From Mobula hypostoma (Eukaryota): DNA of 64,000 bases. The position numbers were made by a program, and so were the translations under genes. The notes beneath the pieces are model-generated. The model made no database searches. It was not told the DNA's origin and saw only the letters and a list, made by a program, of their open reading frames with translations. This document shows positions 62,879 to 64,000 of the stretch, in pieces. The stretch lies in contig NC_086097.1 in NCBI RefSeq assembly GCF_963921235.1, forward strand, positions 110,176,001 through 110,240,000, in the 5' to 3' direction. Numbering within the stretch: the stretch's first letter is position 1; each line of letters starts with the position of its first letter.

Positions 62879-64000
62879 GACACTCGGGCCATAACTGCAC
62901 ACCTCTGTCAGCAAGTCACAACCAAAAGAATGGACCCAGCAGAGAGAGAACAGCTGGCCTTGGCCCTGATATTCATTGGCTGATAGGAGAGAATTTACAG
63001 TCAGTTGAAGTTGCATTGGGAAAGGTGACTCAAGCAGCGAAACCAACACTCTCATAATGAAGAGCCCAGTCCAGACCGTAGCCTGGAGGAGAAACTAATA
63101 TCAGTAGAAGCTGTTTTGGACGATGTTTCCCACGCAGCGCAATAGCAAGCATAGTCCAAGCTGGAAGAACAGATGTCAGCCTTCACAGCGGCAGTTCAGC
63201 GACTAACTGCGGAGAGCCGGAATCAGGTGGCAGCGATTATTGCTCTCCCGGCTGTGGTTCAGTAGCGTACTACCAACAGTCAGAAGCAGGTGACAGCCAC
63301 TGTCACTCTCGCCACCATGATGCAGCAGCCTTTAACCATGTCAGTCCCACTCTCAGCATCTCAGAGATATTCCTCTTCCATGGCCTCATCAACATCAATC
63401 ATTAATGCCCCAACTCCCATAACAGCGTCCAGACCAGAACCGAGTATCCCTCCACTAGGCAGATACTCTGGTTTCCCGACGGCTTTTTATTACCCAGTGT
63501 GAGCTGACGTTCCTAGTTCAGCTTGACTGGTTCGGTGTTAATGCGCGTGAACTGACGTAGATGGTGAATCTCTCAGATGGACTCCCACTCACCCTGTCCA
63601 ACGCTGTATGGCAGGGGTTCCATTCCTGCGGTCCATGGACCCCTCGGTTAATGATAGGGGTCCATGGCATAAAAAGGTTGAGAGTCCCTGCTCTATAGGA
63701 AAAAAGGTCCCCCTGCAGCCCAGTCATTTTGGCAATTTGTTGAGTTCAAGATATGGGATCAGAAGCTGAGCACCAAGATAGAGGAACAGTGAGGGACTAC
63801 ACAGTAAAGTTCCACATGCTTGATGTGGAGGCAGGGTGGAACAATAGATCACTCATCACTGCTTTCCAGTGGGGACTGAGCGTAGGGGTCTGGCACACGA
63901 TTGCAGTGTGTAACGGGCAGGACAGCCTCGCTGACCTGAATAAACTGGCTATTCCAATTGACAACTGGGTAACAGAATGGTGCAGAGAAAGAATGCCCTG
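62410..64000 (+). mobile_element. Sushi-like Gypsy element: probable 5' LTR and decayed gag, runs off the window end
   Basis: MDPAERE at 62930; EPSIPPLGRYSG..FITQCELTF; YTVKFHMLDVEAGWN..LITAFQWGL..LADLNKLAIPIDN. Confidence 0.75.
63612..63690. mobile_element. 79-bp hAT-like MITE
   Basis: CAGGGGTT...GTCCCTG termini, internal 12-bp inverted repeat CCATGGACCCCT/AGGGGTCCATGG, imperfect 8-bp TSD CTGTATGG/CTCTATAG. Confidence 0.75.

Overview
Eukaryotic, repeat-dominated DNA, most likely from a cartilaginous fish (shark or ray). This is inferred from V-domain (HE1-like) SINEs, abundant CR1 LINEs with (TTCTATGT)n-type tails, Rex1/Babar LINEs and Penelope-like elements. There are no prokaryotic features and no CRISPR array. 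Left half (0.7-29.3 kb): one roughly 12-kb array of a 27-bp, internally quasi-palindromic satellite (core CATCTGTACAAGTTTGTTA), split by nested retroelement insertions. These are a full-length CR1, a Nimb/I-group LINE with RNase H, two back-to-back Gmr1-type Gypsy elements (integrase-RT-RNaseH order), a solo LTR, a young Penelope 3' fragment with an intact minimal hammerhead ribozyme, and a non-coding retroposon family present three times. The many overlapping ORFs there are artefacts of a stop-free 27-mer. Right half: decayed CR1, Rex1, Penelope, Gypsy and SINE fragments. Small unique islands between them hold a phase-consistent chain of candidate minus-strand exons of a host gene I cannot name (about 165 aa assembled, stop at 31244), and there is a CpG-rich candidate promoter at about 55.2-56.1 kb. 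All family assignments come from motif recognition by eye, not database searches. Boundaries of old fragments are approximate.
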